Shown: piece by piece, positions 14,898-23,807 of the stretch
Layout of the letters: the number at the start of each line of letters is the position of its first letter
How positions within the stretch are numbered: the stretch's first letter is position 1
The notes under the pieces: generated by a model
Seen by the model: the letters and a program-made list of their open reading frames with translations, nothing else
The model's database searches: none
What the model was told of the DNA's origin: nothing
NCBI GenBank assembly: GCA_016207275.1
Contig: JACQPY010000013.1
Span: 20,285 to 84,284 of the forward strand
Direction: 5' to 3'
DNA from: Candidatus Kerfeldbacteria bacterium
Lineage (GTDB): Bacteria; Patescibacteriota; Patescibacteriia; SBBC01
DNA: 64,000 bases
Program-made: the position numbers and the translations under genes

Positions 14898-15605
14898 ATG
14901 GTATCTCGCAGGCATGACCGCCGCGCGTCAGCCGCTAACGAACGGCACTACCAGCCGTTTGCCTTTCGGCACGACATCACCAGGCGGTTGGTCCGGGTTA
15001 TGGGTGAGTTTACCGAGGGTTTTGAGCTGCTGGCTTCGCTCCGACGACCAGTGACTTTTTTCGGCTCGGCGCGGATTGGTAAGGACAGCGGGTACTACCA
15101 GGCTGCCCGACAGCTAGCGCGGAAGTTAGGCCGGGCTGGTTTTACCATCGTCACCGGCGGCGGGCCGGGATTGATGGAGGCGGCTAATCGCGGGGCGGTT
15201 GAAGCTAAAGCCCCGTCGATCGGCCTCAACATCCAGCTGCCCCGGGAGCAACGGGTTAACGCCTACGTCCGTCGAGGCATGGGGTTCTTCTACTTCTTTT
15301 CCCGTAAGACGATGTTGACGACCTCGGCCCAGGCCTACGTTTTTTTCCCGGGCGGCTTCGGTACGCTTGATGAATTCTTTTCCATCGTGACGCTGATTCA
15401 AACGAAAAAGATTGAACCACGGCCGATCGTCTTGTTCGGCCGAGACTACTGGCGGAAGCTTAACTACTTCATTAAAGAGAACATGGTTCGACGGCACCGG
15501 ACGATTGCGCCCCGAGACCTGCAGGAGTACCGCATTACTGACGACGTTGACGAAGCCTATCATTGGGTGCGACAATCAAAAGAGCGACGGTACACTTCAA
15601 TGTGA
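14898..15605 (+). CDS. LOG-family (TIGR00730) cytokinin riboside 5'-monophosphate phosphoribohydrolase-like protein
   Basis: GGGPGLMEAANRGA...PGGFGTLDEFF. TGgTACAAT extended -10 box 8 nt before the ATG. An internal start at MGEFTEG (about 15000) is possible. Confidence 0.75.
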   Translation: MVSRRHDRRASAANERHYQPFAFRHDITRRLVRVMGEFTEGFELLASLRRPVTFFGSARIGKDSGYYQAARQLARKLGRAGFTIVTGGGPGLMEAANRGAVEAKAPSIGLNIQLPREQRVNAYVRRGMGFFYFFSRKTMLTTSAQAYVFFPGGFGTLDEFFSIVTLIQTKKIEPRPIVLFGRDYWRKLNYFIKENMVRRHRTIAPRDLQEYRITDDVDEAYHWVRQSKERRYTSM

Positions 15606-15610
15606 CCCTA

Positions 15611-15904
15611 ATGGCTCAAGCACCAAAACGTCTCTATCGATCCCGAACGGAACACGTGATTGCCGGCGTGGCCGGCGGGCTGGCCCAGTACTTCAACATC
15701 GACCCGACCTTAGTTCGGGTGGCCTTGGTGGTGCTGGCGCTGTTCTGGGGCGGGGGAATCGTCCTCTACCTCGCCCTGTGGGTCATTGTGCCGCTGGAAG
15801 GCAAGGCTGAAACTGATCCGTCGTTGGGCCGGCGCGTGCGGCAAGCCGCCGCCGAAGCTAAGGCCACAGCCAAGAAGTTTAAGGAGGATGTGATAAAAAA
15901 GTAG
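15611..15904 (+). CDS. PspC-domain membrane protein
   Basis: RSRTEHVIAGVAGGLAQYFNIDPTLVRVALVVLALFWGGGIVLYLALWVIVP; start set at the ATG at 15611. Confidence 0.65.
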   Translation: MAQAPKRLYRSRTEHVIAGVAGGLAQYFNIDPTLVRVALVVLALFWGGGIVLYLALWVIVPLEGKAETDPSLGRRVRQAAAEAKATAKKFKEDVIKK

Positions 15905-15968
15905 TCGGTGCTTGGTTGGCGTCGGGCGGCCTGCCGACCGGCCAACGTTGTCGTGCTACGATGCACCT

Positions 15969-16949
15969 ATGGCATTCATTGATGAACTGACCCTTGAGCT
16001 CAAAGCTGGCGACGGCGGCGACGGCGTGGTGCGCTGGCGGCGGGAAAAGTTTGTGCCGAAAGGCGGGCCGGCCGGCGGTAATGGCGGGCAGGGTGGCGAT
16101 GTCTACCTTGAAGCCGTCAGTGACATTACCATGTTGGCTCGGTACAAAGGTAAGAAGCGTTTGGTGGCCGCGGACGGCGGCGACGGCGGCAGCGCCCAGA
16201 AGCACGGTCAAAACGGCGCCGATCTGGTGGTTCAAGTTCCCGTCGGTTCGTTCGTCCGTAATCAGAACACGACGCAGGAATTCGATTTGACGAATAAAGA
16301 ACAGCGCCTGCTGGTGCTACGCGGCGGCCGCGGCGGCCGCGGCAACGTGGCGTTCAAAAGTCCGACCCGGACCGCGCCGGATTTTTCGACCGACGGCCAG
16401 CCCGGACAAGCCGGAACGTTCGTGATCGAGTTGCGACTGGTCGTCGATGTCGGTTTGATCGGACTGCCGAACGCCGGCAAGTCCAGCTTACTCAATGAGC
16501 TTACGGCGGCGCGGGCAAAAATTGGCGCCTATCCGTTTACCACGCTGGAACCGAACCTCGGCATGCTCGACGGTCTGATCCTGGCCGACATCCCTGGTTT
16601 GATCGAGGGGGCGGCCCGAGGCAAAGGTCTGGGCACGAAGTTTCTTCGGCACATTGAGCGGACGCGCCTTTTGGCCCATTGTGTCTCGATCGAGCACCAG
16701 AATGTTCGGCAAGCCTACCACACGGTGCGGCGCGAGCTGCGGGCCTACGGTCGAGGCCTGGATCAGAAATCAGAGATCATCATCCTCACCAAGACCGACC
16801 TGGCTACGACTGAACAGGTAGTCACCGCTGGCCGGGCCTTGGCGGCCGTCAATCCCCGCATTCTGACCTGCTCGATTCATGACCACGAGAGCCTGCTGGC
16901 GTTAACGACGGAGCTGCAGCGTGGCGCTCGGTCCAGCGTTCGATTGTGA
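15969..16949 (+). CDS. obg: GTPase Obg/CgtA
   Basis: N-terminal Gly-rich Obg fold (DGGDGVVRWRREKFVPKGGPAGGNGGQGGDV) plus the G-domain motifs GLPNAGKSSL and DIPGLIEGA. Confidence 0.9.
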   Translation: MAFIDELTLELKAGDGGDGVVRWRREKFVPKGGPAGGNGGQGGDVYLEAVSDITMLARYKGKKRLVAADGGDGGSAQKHGQNGADLVVQVPVGSFVRNQNTTQEFDLTNKEQRLLVLRGGRGGRGNVAFKSPTRTAPDFSTDGQPGQAGTFVIELRLVVDVGLIGLPNAGKSSLLNELTAARAKIGAYPFTTLEPNLGMLDGLILADIPGLIEGAARGKGLGTKFLRHIERTRLLAHCVSIEHQNVRQAYHTVRRELRAYGRGLDQKSEIIILTKTDLATTEQVVTAGRALAAVNPRILTCSIHDHESLLALTTELQRGARSSVRL

Positions 16950-16998
16950 TGCCGCGGACGCTGTGCTAGAGTACTCTCACCGTTTCCTCGGTCTGGTC

Positions 16999-17946
16999 AT
17001 GGAGAAACACCGGAAGATCATTATCGTCGGTTCTGGACCGGCTGGCCTAACCGCCGCCATTTACACGGCCCGGGCACAGCTCGATCCGTTCGTGATCGCC
17101 GGCTTGCAGGCCGGCGGTCAGCTGATGCTGACCACCGATGTCGGCAACTACCCTGGTTTCCCCAAAGACATCCTTGGTCCGGACCTGATGCAGCTGATGC
17201 GCGAGCAGGCGATTCGCTTTGGCACGATGATGATCGATGCCGATGTGACGGCAGTTGACTTTTCGAAACGACCGTTGGCCGTGACGGTCAACGGCGGCGA
17301 CCGCTACACGGCAGACTGCGTCATTATTGCCACGGGCGCCACGGCCAAATGGCTCGAACTGCCTTCCGAGCAACGGTTGCGCGGCAAGGGCGTCTCGTCC
17401 TGCGCCACCTGCGACGCTTTCTTTTTTAAAGGCAAGGACGTGGCCGTGGTCGGCGGCGGGGACACGGCCATGGAGGACGGGACGTTCTTGACCAAGTTTG
17501 CCAGCCACGTCACCATCATCGTGCGCGGGTCGCAACTGCGGGCCAGCCAGATCATGGCCGACCGCGCGCAGGCAAATAAAAAAATAAGCTTTCGTTTCAA
17601 TACGAGCGTGACCGAGGTACTTGGAGAAACGAGCGTGATCGGTCTACGCATAAAAGATGCAACGCCGGGCGCGGAAAAAAAAGAAGAGCTCAAGGTCCAA
17701 GGTCTATTCGTCGCGATCGGACATGTACCCAACACCGACGTCTTCCGCGGGCACGTCGAGCTCGATGCCAAGGGGTACTTGGTGGTCAAAAATCAGACCA
17801 GGACGAGCGTGCCGGGCGTCTTTGCCTGCGGCGACGTCCAGGATTACCGTTACCGACAGGCGGTGACCGCGGCTGGTTCGGGGTGCATGGCTGCGCTTGA
17901 CGCCGAAGCCTTTTTGCACCAGCCGCGAATTGACGAGCACGTTTGA
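16999..17946 (+). CDS. trxB: Thioredoxin-disulfide reductase
   Basis: IIIVGSGPAGLTAAIY; CATC redox-active motif; GGGDTAMED; FACGDV. Confidence 0.9.
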   Translation: MEKHRKIIIVGSGPAGLTAAIYTARAQLDPFVIAGLQAGGQLMLTTDVGNYPGFPKDILGPDLMQLMREQAIRFGTMMIDADVTAVDFSKRPLAVTVNGGDRYTADCVIIATGATAKWLELPSEQRLRGKGVSSCATCDAFFFKGKDVAVVGGGDTAMEDGTFLTKFASHVTIIVRGSQLRASQIMADRAQANKKISFRFNTSVTEVLGETSVIGLRIKDATPGAEKKEELKVQGLFVAIGHVPNTDVFRGHVELDAKGYLVVKNQTRTSVPGVFACGDVQDYRYRQAVTAAGSGCMAALDAEAFLHQPRIDEHV

Positions 17947-18247
17947 CCGCCAGACATTGCCCTTGACGGGGGAATTTTTTTATTGTTGAACTGGCGCTAG
18001 CCTTAGCCGACGAAAACCTTGGCTGAACAGAAATTCAAACGACAATCCACAGCCCGACCCTTGACCGCCCGTTCGGCGATGCTACGCTTCGTGGTGGAGG
18101 TTCGTGTCCGTCTGTCGCTGGCACCACACCAAGCAACGTGCCTACCTGACCGGCGGCATCAAGGAAATTCCCGCCGGCGGGAATCGGTCTGGCCAGAACG
18201 GCGACGAACTCCGACTTCCGCTCGGTCCATCACGGAAAGGAGGCCGT

Positions 18248-18427
18248 ATGAAGACCAAGGACGACCTCCTCCGCGAACTCGATCTCGAGGAGATGCAGCA
18301 GTTCCTCCTCGTGGCAATCCCGCAGAAGCGAACCTGCGTCATCTGCGGGAGGGAAACCTGGCGGCCGCGCTACTGTAGCCGGCACGATATACGCCAGCGT
18401 TTCCGGGCACAGCGGAGTGACCGGTAA
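18248..18427 (+). CDS. 59-aa zinc-ribbon-like small protein (hypothetical)
   Basis: Perfect AAAGGAGG RBS 5 nt before the ATG; CVICGRETWRPRYCSRH (C-x2-C-x9-C-x2-H). Confidence 0.4.
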   Translation: MKTKDDLLRELDLEEMQQFLLVAIPQKRTCVICGRETWRPRYCSRHDIRQRFRAQRSDR

Positions 18428-18562
18428 CGGTCGAACCTGCTGCACATACGCAATGAGAGTCCGCATGAGGTTGTGAGCGGGCTCTTGTTGCGCTTGCGAA
18501 TAGCTACGAATAAAAGCGAATGATGCAATTTTTTTGTTGACCTCGCAGCTTTATTAGAAAGT

Positions 18563-18850
18563 CCCCCCTCCTACCTCCCCGCCGCCAGGCGGCACCCCTC
18601 CAAAACTTTGGAGGGGGGCGGTAGGAGGGGAACGAGGGGTGGTACTGAAAGTAAAACCGCCACCCTGATCGTCGGCGCTGCGGACGCGACGGATTTTTAA
18701 ATGCAGCACGGCTGAAAGCCGCGCTGCATTGAGGGTGAATGCGCTAACTTTTTTAACTCCCAGGGCTTGGTGACAAAATGCCCCTCCTCGATTGAGGAGG
18801 GGCGGAGCGAAGCGAGGGGTGGTGGTGAATCGTAAAACGTTGCGACCTTC
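18563..18850. repeat. Extended palindromes and hairpins of the CCCCTCC/GGAGGGG family with duplicated downstream units (GCGAGGGGTGGT..GAA..GTAAAAC)
   Basis: 18563-18630 is a nested palindrome (ccctcctacc...cccctccaaaactttggagggg...ggtaggaggg). Unit 1 at 18631-18660; hairpin gcccctcctc/gaggaggggc at 18780-18804; unit 2 at 18806-18840. A 12-bp stem terminator-like hairpin at 18700-18730 serves the minus-strand gene. Confidence 0.55.
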
Positions 18851-18880
18851 GAACCCGTACAGCTGGAAAAATCCTTGAGT

Positions 18881-19207
18881 TTAGGCAAAACGACTGAGTA
18901 ACACCAGCGAAACAACTGCTGCGATGATGCCGACAATCTCGTATCCATTTAACTTCTCATGGAAGTAGAAAACACTAATCGCGACGAGAAATAAAACTGT
19001 AGTGAGCGCATAAATGACCCCAAGTGAAGAAAGTTTAATATGTTTCATTACATAGAACCATCCAAACGCTGTCGACGCGTAGATGATAAATCCGATCGTA
19101 AACCATTTGATTTCGATGAACCTTGGTCCATGACCGGCGATCTTAATAAAGAAGTCGCCAATGACACCGACTACGGCCAATAATGCAACAATCATGATCG
19201 GATTCAT
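18881..19207 (-). CDS. SMR/DMT-like 4-TM small membrane protein (EmrE/ArnE-like); about 40% GC
   Basis: 108 aa from MNPIMIVALLAVVGVIGDFFIKIAG...; four hydrophobic helices; strongly AT-rich against its flanks. Confidence 0.5.
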   Translation of the reverse strand: MNPIMIVALLAVVGVIGDFFIKIAGHGPRFIEIKWFTIGFIIYASTAFGWFYVMKHIKLSSLGVIYALTTVLFLVAISVFYFHEKLNGYEIVGIIAAVVSLVLLSRFA

Positions 19208-19667
19208 TTTTTTGCCTTCAGAATAAAGCATATCATTAATTTCGCATTTTGACTTTCCAAAAAGACGTTTCGAGCCAACTGACTGTCGCTATTTTCCATT
19301 AACTCTCCGAGATCCTCGCCTCATTTAGAGTAAGCAAAACCGCCGCAACATGAGGTCGAGGCGGGTGATGGACAGCGCTTTACGATTCAGTGGCTGTCCG
19401 GGGACCATTTGTACAGAACCATTCTTACGACGGGATCGGCAAGTTCTCGGTGTAGCATCCGTACTCGCCGCGTCGGTTCTTCTTCCAAACTACGACGCCC
19501 TCGGTATTTCCAGGAAGTCTAGTGCGGACGTTGCCAATGCTGCGGCAACAATTAAGGCGTAAGCTGCTTAGACTCTAATTGCTGCCGCAGAAAAACTGTA
19601 ACGAACAAAACAAGTCAGGCTATCACAAGGGCAAGCAATTGTCAAGACCTTATGCTACACTGGTACT

Positions 19668-20909
19668 ATGCCAAAGGTTTTCACGGTGTCGCAGTTCGTC
19701 GAGGCGGTGCGGGGGTTATTGCGAGAAACGTTGCCCCTGGTTACAGTCCAGGGCGAAGTCACCGGCTATCAACGTTCGAGCAGCCAGTACGTTTTCTTTG
19801 AATTGAAAGACGAACGGTCGCGGGTGAAGTGTTTTCACCTGCAACACGAGGTGCGGACCAGCCTGGAAGACGGAATGGAGGTGAAGATCACCGGTTGGCC
19901 GTCGCTGTTTGTCAAATCCGGCGGTTTTCACCTGCGAGTTACGGACGTAGAACTGGTGGGCGAAGGGGCGCTGCGCAAAGCTTTTGAAGAGACCAAAAAA
20001 CGTCTTGAACGGGAAGGTCTGTTTCGTCCGGAACGAAAACGATCGCTCCCACGTTTTCCGGAAAGCATCGGGCTGGTTACCTCACGGGAGGCGGCCGCCT
20101 ACACCGATGTGCTGCGTATTCTCCGCAACCGCTGGCCGTTGGTCAAGGTCAAATTTGTTCACGTTAAGGTCCAGGGAGCCGGGGCAGTCCGCGAGATCGT
20201 CAAAGCCATCGAACTCTTTTCCGCACAGGCCAGGGTTGAACTGCTGATCGTCACGCGCGGCGGCGGGTCGCTCGAAGACTTACAAGCCTTCAATGACGAA
20301 GGCGTCGCCCGCGCCATTTTTGCCTCGCCGCTGCCAGTGGTGGTGGGCGTTGGCCATGAACGCGACGTGACGATTGCGGACTACGTGGCTGACGTCCGCG
20401 CCTCGACACCCTCCAACGCCGCCGAACGGGTAGTGCCGGACCGAACCGAGGTGCTGCACCGTCTCGAGGTGATGGCCGGCCGGACGGCCCGGGCAGTGGC
20501 CGGAACGATCGAAGTCGAGACCGGCCTCGTCCGCGAGCTGACCGAGCGAATGAGTCGGACGGTCGAAGAGCGAACTGCTCGCGTCCGGTTGCGGCTGACG
20601 AGGTTCAGCGGGCTGGCCGGGACCATGGTTGAACGGACGGGTCGGTTGATGGCCGAACTCGACCATCTCGTTAGCCGCCTCGGCCACCGCTTCAGCCAAC
20701 GTCTGGCCGACGCCCGCGCCGGGGTAACTACGCTGTCCACGCTCTTGCAGTCGCTGTCGCCACTGGCTATCCTGAAGCGTGGATACACCATCACCTTTCA
20801 GGCTGACGGTCGGGTCGTCAAGCGAAGCCGCCAGCTGGACACCGGCCAATCAATCCGGACCCGATTCGGCCAGGGTGAGGCTCGGTCAACCGTAACCTCG
20901 ACGTCATGA
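19668..20909 (+). CDS. xseA: Exodeoxyribonuclease VII large subunit
   Basis: N-terminal OB fold (FTVSQFVEAVRGLLRE...VQGEVTGYQRSSSQYVFFELKD) and the catalytic/coiled C-terminus typical of XseA. Confidence 0.85.
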   Translation: MPKVFTVSQFVEAVRGLLRETLPLVTVQGEVTGYQRSSSQYVFFELKDERSRVKCFHLQHEVRTSLEDGMEVKITGWPSLFVKSGGFHLRVTDVELVGEGALRKAFEETKKRLEREGLFRPERKRSLPRFPESIGLVTSREAAAYTDVLRILRNRWPLVKVKFVHVKVQGAGAVREIVKAIELFSAQARVELLIVTRGGGSLEDLQAFNDEGVARAIFASPLPVVVGVGHERDVTIADYVADVRASTPSNAAERVVPDRTEVLHRLEVMAGRTARAVAGTIEVETGLVRELTERMSRTVEERTARVRLRLTRFSGLAGTMVERTGRLMAELDHLVSRLGHRFSQRLADARAGVTTLSTLLQSLSPLAILKRGYTITFQADGRVVKRSRQLDTGQSIRTRFGQGEARSTVTSTS

Positions 20910-21163
20910 ATCCCGCGAAGCCCTCCAAAAAGCAACGCTCGTTCGGCGAAGCCTTTGCCGAACTGGAAAAAATCACCGATGAGCTCGAAGGTAATGCCCT
21001 CGACCTTGATCAGGCCATTGCCAAGTTTGAGCGCGGGCTGGAGCTATCGCAGCAGCTGAAGTTGAAACTGCGCAACGTCGAGCAGCGGGTGAAAAAAATT
21101 CGACAGAAGTTTGACGGCGCTGAGATGCCGACCGGTTTGGACGAAGATACTCCTGAATCGTGA
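20906..21163 (+). CDS. xseB: Exodeoxyribonuclease VII small subunit
   Basis: 85 aa; FGEAFAELEKITDELEGNALDLDQAIAKFERGLELSQQ. Start overlaps the xseA stop (ATGA). Confidence 0.8.
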   Translation: MNPAKPSKKQRSFGEAFAELEKITDELEGNALDLDQAIAKFERGLELSQQLKLKLRNVEQRVKKIRQKFDGAEMPTGLDEDTPES

Positions 21164-21287
21164 GGTCCCGGATGGACCGGTTTTGGGCTGGACGTATTGG
21201 TCAGCTACTTCGTCGGCCGTCGCGTTTGAGTGTCGGCACGGTTGTGGTAAACTGTACGTCTAAGCTGCGGTAACCAACACATTTTTT

Positions 21288-22259
21288 ATGGCTCTGACCG
21301 TTGAACAGATTCACCGCTTGGCCGTTGATCGTGGCATGAAAAGCGACCTACGCGGCGTGGCCGCAGTCAAGCGGCACCTGCACCGAATCAAGCAGCGCTA
21401 CGATAAACTCTCGCCAGAGGAAAAAGCTGAGTTTGATCGTGAGGACCTGTGGAATCCGTACGCGGATACCCGCGTCTATACCGGGGACTTGAAAAAGCCG
21501 GTCAAGCGCGTGGCCGTGGGAATTGACGTGGAGACGGCGGAAATTCTGCTGGCTCACGAGTTGTCCGAGAAAAAACCAATTGATCTGGTCATTACCCACC
21601 ATCCGGTCGGCATCGCGCTCTCCGGGTTACACGAAGTGATGCACCTGCAAGCCGAGGTGTTGGCCAAGTACGGCGTGCCGATTAACGTTGCTCAAGGGTT
21701 GCTCCACGTGCGGATTGACGAAGTCAGCCGTCGCGTCTCTCCGATCAACCACCAGCGTGACGTGGACGCCGCGCGGCTGCTGGGGCTGGCCTACATGTCC
21801 GCCCACACCACGTCGGACAACATGGTGGCCTCGTTTTTAGACCGCTTGGTCAAGCGGAACCAGAAGAAGCTGGAGTTGGTAAGCGACGTGTTGAAGTTGC
21901 TGAAAACTATCCCCGAGTATCGCCAAGCCACTACCTGGAAGGCCGGGCCAACGCTATTCGCCGGTCGTCCTGATCGGTTTGCCGGCAAGATTGCGCTGAC
22001 TGAGCTGACCGGCGGCACCGAAGGTTCGCCCGAGATCTACCATCGGCTGGCGCAAGCTGGTATTGGCACCGTCATTGGCATGCACATGTCGGAGAAACAC
22101 AAGGAACAAGCGGAGAAAGCGCATATTAACGCAATCATTGCCGGTCACATGTCGTCTGACTCGATTGGCATGAACCTGTTTGCTGATCAGCTCGAGCGGC
22201 GAGGAATCGAGGTCGTTCCGTTTGCTGGTTTTATCCGCGTCAAGCGCCGGCGGTCGTAA
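21288..22259 (+). CDS. NIF3 (Nif3/YqfO/YbgI) family dinuclear-metal-centre protein
   Basis: LVITHHP...GHMSSDSIG metal-binding motifs of the NIF3 family. Confidence 0.75.
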   Translation: MALTVEQIHRLAVDRGMKSDLRGVAAVKRHLHRIKQRYDKLSPEEKAEFDREDLWNPYADTRVYTGDLKKPVKRVAVGIDVETAEILLAHELSEKKPIDLVITHHPVGIALSGLHEVMHLQAEVLAKYGVPINVAQGLLHVRIDEVSRRVSPINHQRDVDAARLLGLAYMSAHTTSDNMVASFLDRLVKRNQKKLELVSDVLKLLKTIPEYRQATTWKAGPTLFAGRPDRFAGKIALTELTGGTEGSPEIYHRLAQAGIGTVIGMHMSEKHKEQAEKAHINAIIAGHMSSDSIGMNLFADQLERRGIEVVPFAGFIRVKRRRS

Positions 22260-22261
22260 CT

Positions 22262-22948
22262 ATGCGCCTCAACTCCACGCTGCTCGTCCTGACCGGCGTC
22301 TTTGTCGTCGTTGGGTTGATCTTAGTGGTAGTGGTCGCCCGGCCGCGATCGTCGAACAACCGTCCGATCAATCAGTCGGCCGCGCCGGGCGAACCAGCCA
22401 CGATAGCCGAGGCCATCAGCTCGCTGACGCGTGTTACCCCGGTCACGCCCCCGGCTGACCGCGTCACCTTGATTGGCGGGACGTTGCTGACGGTTGAAAA
22501 CGCGGCGGTGCCTAAGCGTATTGAGCAGGAAGTGGGACTGCCGGTGGAGTCGCGGACAAAGGAAAATATGACGACCGTTGAAGGTCTGGCTGCGGCCACT
22601 CGCGTATTGACCAACCCGCCGAAGCTGATGGTGGTCGACTTGGGCCGGACTGATAGCGGCGCCGGACTGTCGGTCAGCGAAACGACGGCTGGTCTGGCGG
22701 CCCTGGCCGCCAAAGCGGCGCAGGCAGGCACCGTGCTGGTCGTCGTCAGTGGCGTGGGCGTGGATGGCAACGACCAGCTCGCGGCGATTATTAAAATTGC
22801 CGTTGGTTCACGGGCTCGGTTAGTCGACGCTTCGCCCTTGTTGCTCGATGCCAACTTCCGGGTCAATCCGAGTACGCTCAATGTCCGCGGCGTCGACGTT
22901 CTGGCCGCCCAGCTGGTGACCGTGCTCAAGGAACTCCGCGGCGCATGA
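22262..22948 (+). CDS. Membrane-anchored hypothetical protein
   Basis: N-terminal TM segment LLVLTGVFVVVGLILVVVVA followed by an Ala/Val-rich soluble domain. Confidence 0.45.
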   Translation: MRLNSTLLVLTGVFVVVGLILVVVVARPRSSNNRPINQSAAPGEPATIAEAISSLTRVTPVTPPADRVTLIGGTLLTVENAAVPKRIEQEVGLPVESRTKENMTTVEGLAAATRVLTNPPKLMVVDLGRTDSGAGLSVSETTAGLAALAAKAAQAGTVLVVVSGVGVDGNDQLAAIIKIAVGSRARLVDASPLLLDANFRVNPSTLNVRGVDVLAAQLVTVLKELRGA

Positions 22949-23286
22949 GTCTGTCCGTCGCTCAGGTACTTGACGCCCTCCGGAAGATCAAGGATCCTGA
23001 ACTCGGCCTCGACCTGGTCAGCTTGGGACTGATCTACGAGACGCGCTTGACTGACGGCCACGTGTACGTGCGGTGTACCTTGACGACCCCGGGTTGTCCG
23101 TTGATCAGTACCATCATTGAGGACGTTCGAGCGGCGATCGGCCGATTGCCGGGCGTAACAAACGTTAAGGTTGAGCTGACCTTTGACCCGCCGTGGACAC
23201 CGGATAAAATGAACGCCGAGGCCGCTGAACTGCTTGGGTTTGCCCGGGCGACGACCGCCACCGTGCCCGGTCGAAACGCGACATAA
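22945..23286 (+). CDS. DUF59 / SufT-MIP18 family Fe-S cluster assembly protein
   Basis: VLDALRKIKDPELGLDLVSLGLIY...TLTTPGCPL is the DUF59 signature with its conserved Cys. Confidence 0.7.
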   Translation: MSLSVAQVLDALRKIKDPELGLDLVSLGLIYETRLTDGHVYVRCTLTTPGCPLISTIIEDVRAAIGRLPGVTNVKVELTFDPPWTPDKMNAEAAELLGFARATTATVPGRNAT

Positions 23287-23315
23287 GCTATGATCGTAAT
23301 TAAAGGGAAAAAAGT

Positions 23316-23789
23316 ATGACGTTTCGTTCGATCGCGCTGTTCTTGATTGCGGGGATACTCGTGGTCGGAGCAGCCTGTACTAAAAAGCCCGCGTCCAACA
23401 CCACGGCCGAGAACGGACAAACCGTGATGGTCAACACGTCGGTCGACCAGGACCAAAACCAGCCGGTCGTTGACGCCACCAACAGTTCATCTTCGAGTGA
23501 CGTAACCGCCGCCCCGACGAGCGTCGCCGTCAGCGTTACCAGCACCGGTTTTTCACCGGCCACGGTGACGGTGGCCATCGGCGGAACGGTCACCTGGAAG
23601 AATGACGACTCGACGCGGCACCAACCGGCCAGTGATCCGCACCCCATCCACACTGGCCTGCCGGGCTTTGACGCCATCGGTGGGATTGGCCCGGGCGCCA
23701 CCTACCAGTTTACCTTTACTCGGGCCGGCACGTTCTCGTACCACGATCACTCCTTTCCGCTCCGCCAGGGACTCGTCATTGTCCAGTAG
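23316..23789 (+). CDS. Cupredoxin-like lipoprotein
   Basis: Lipobox LVVGAAC; Ser/Thr-rich linker; C-terminal domain VTVAIGGTVTWKNDDSTRHQP...FSYHDHSFP has a cupredoxin-like strand pattern with His ligands. Confidence 0.55.
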   Translation: MTFRSIALFLIAGILVVGAACTKKPASNTTAENGQTVMVNTSVDQDQNQPVVDATNSSSSSDVTAAPTSVAVSVTSTGFSPATVTVAIGGTVTWKNDDSTRHQPASDPHPIHTGLPGFDAIGGIGPGATYQFTFTRAGTFSYHDHSFPLRQGLVIVQ

Positions 23790-23807
23790 CGGCCGAGGGT
23801 AACGTTT

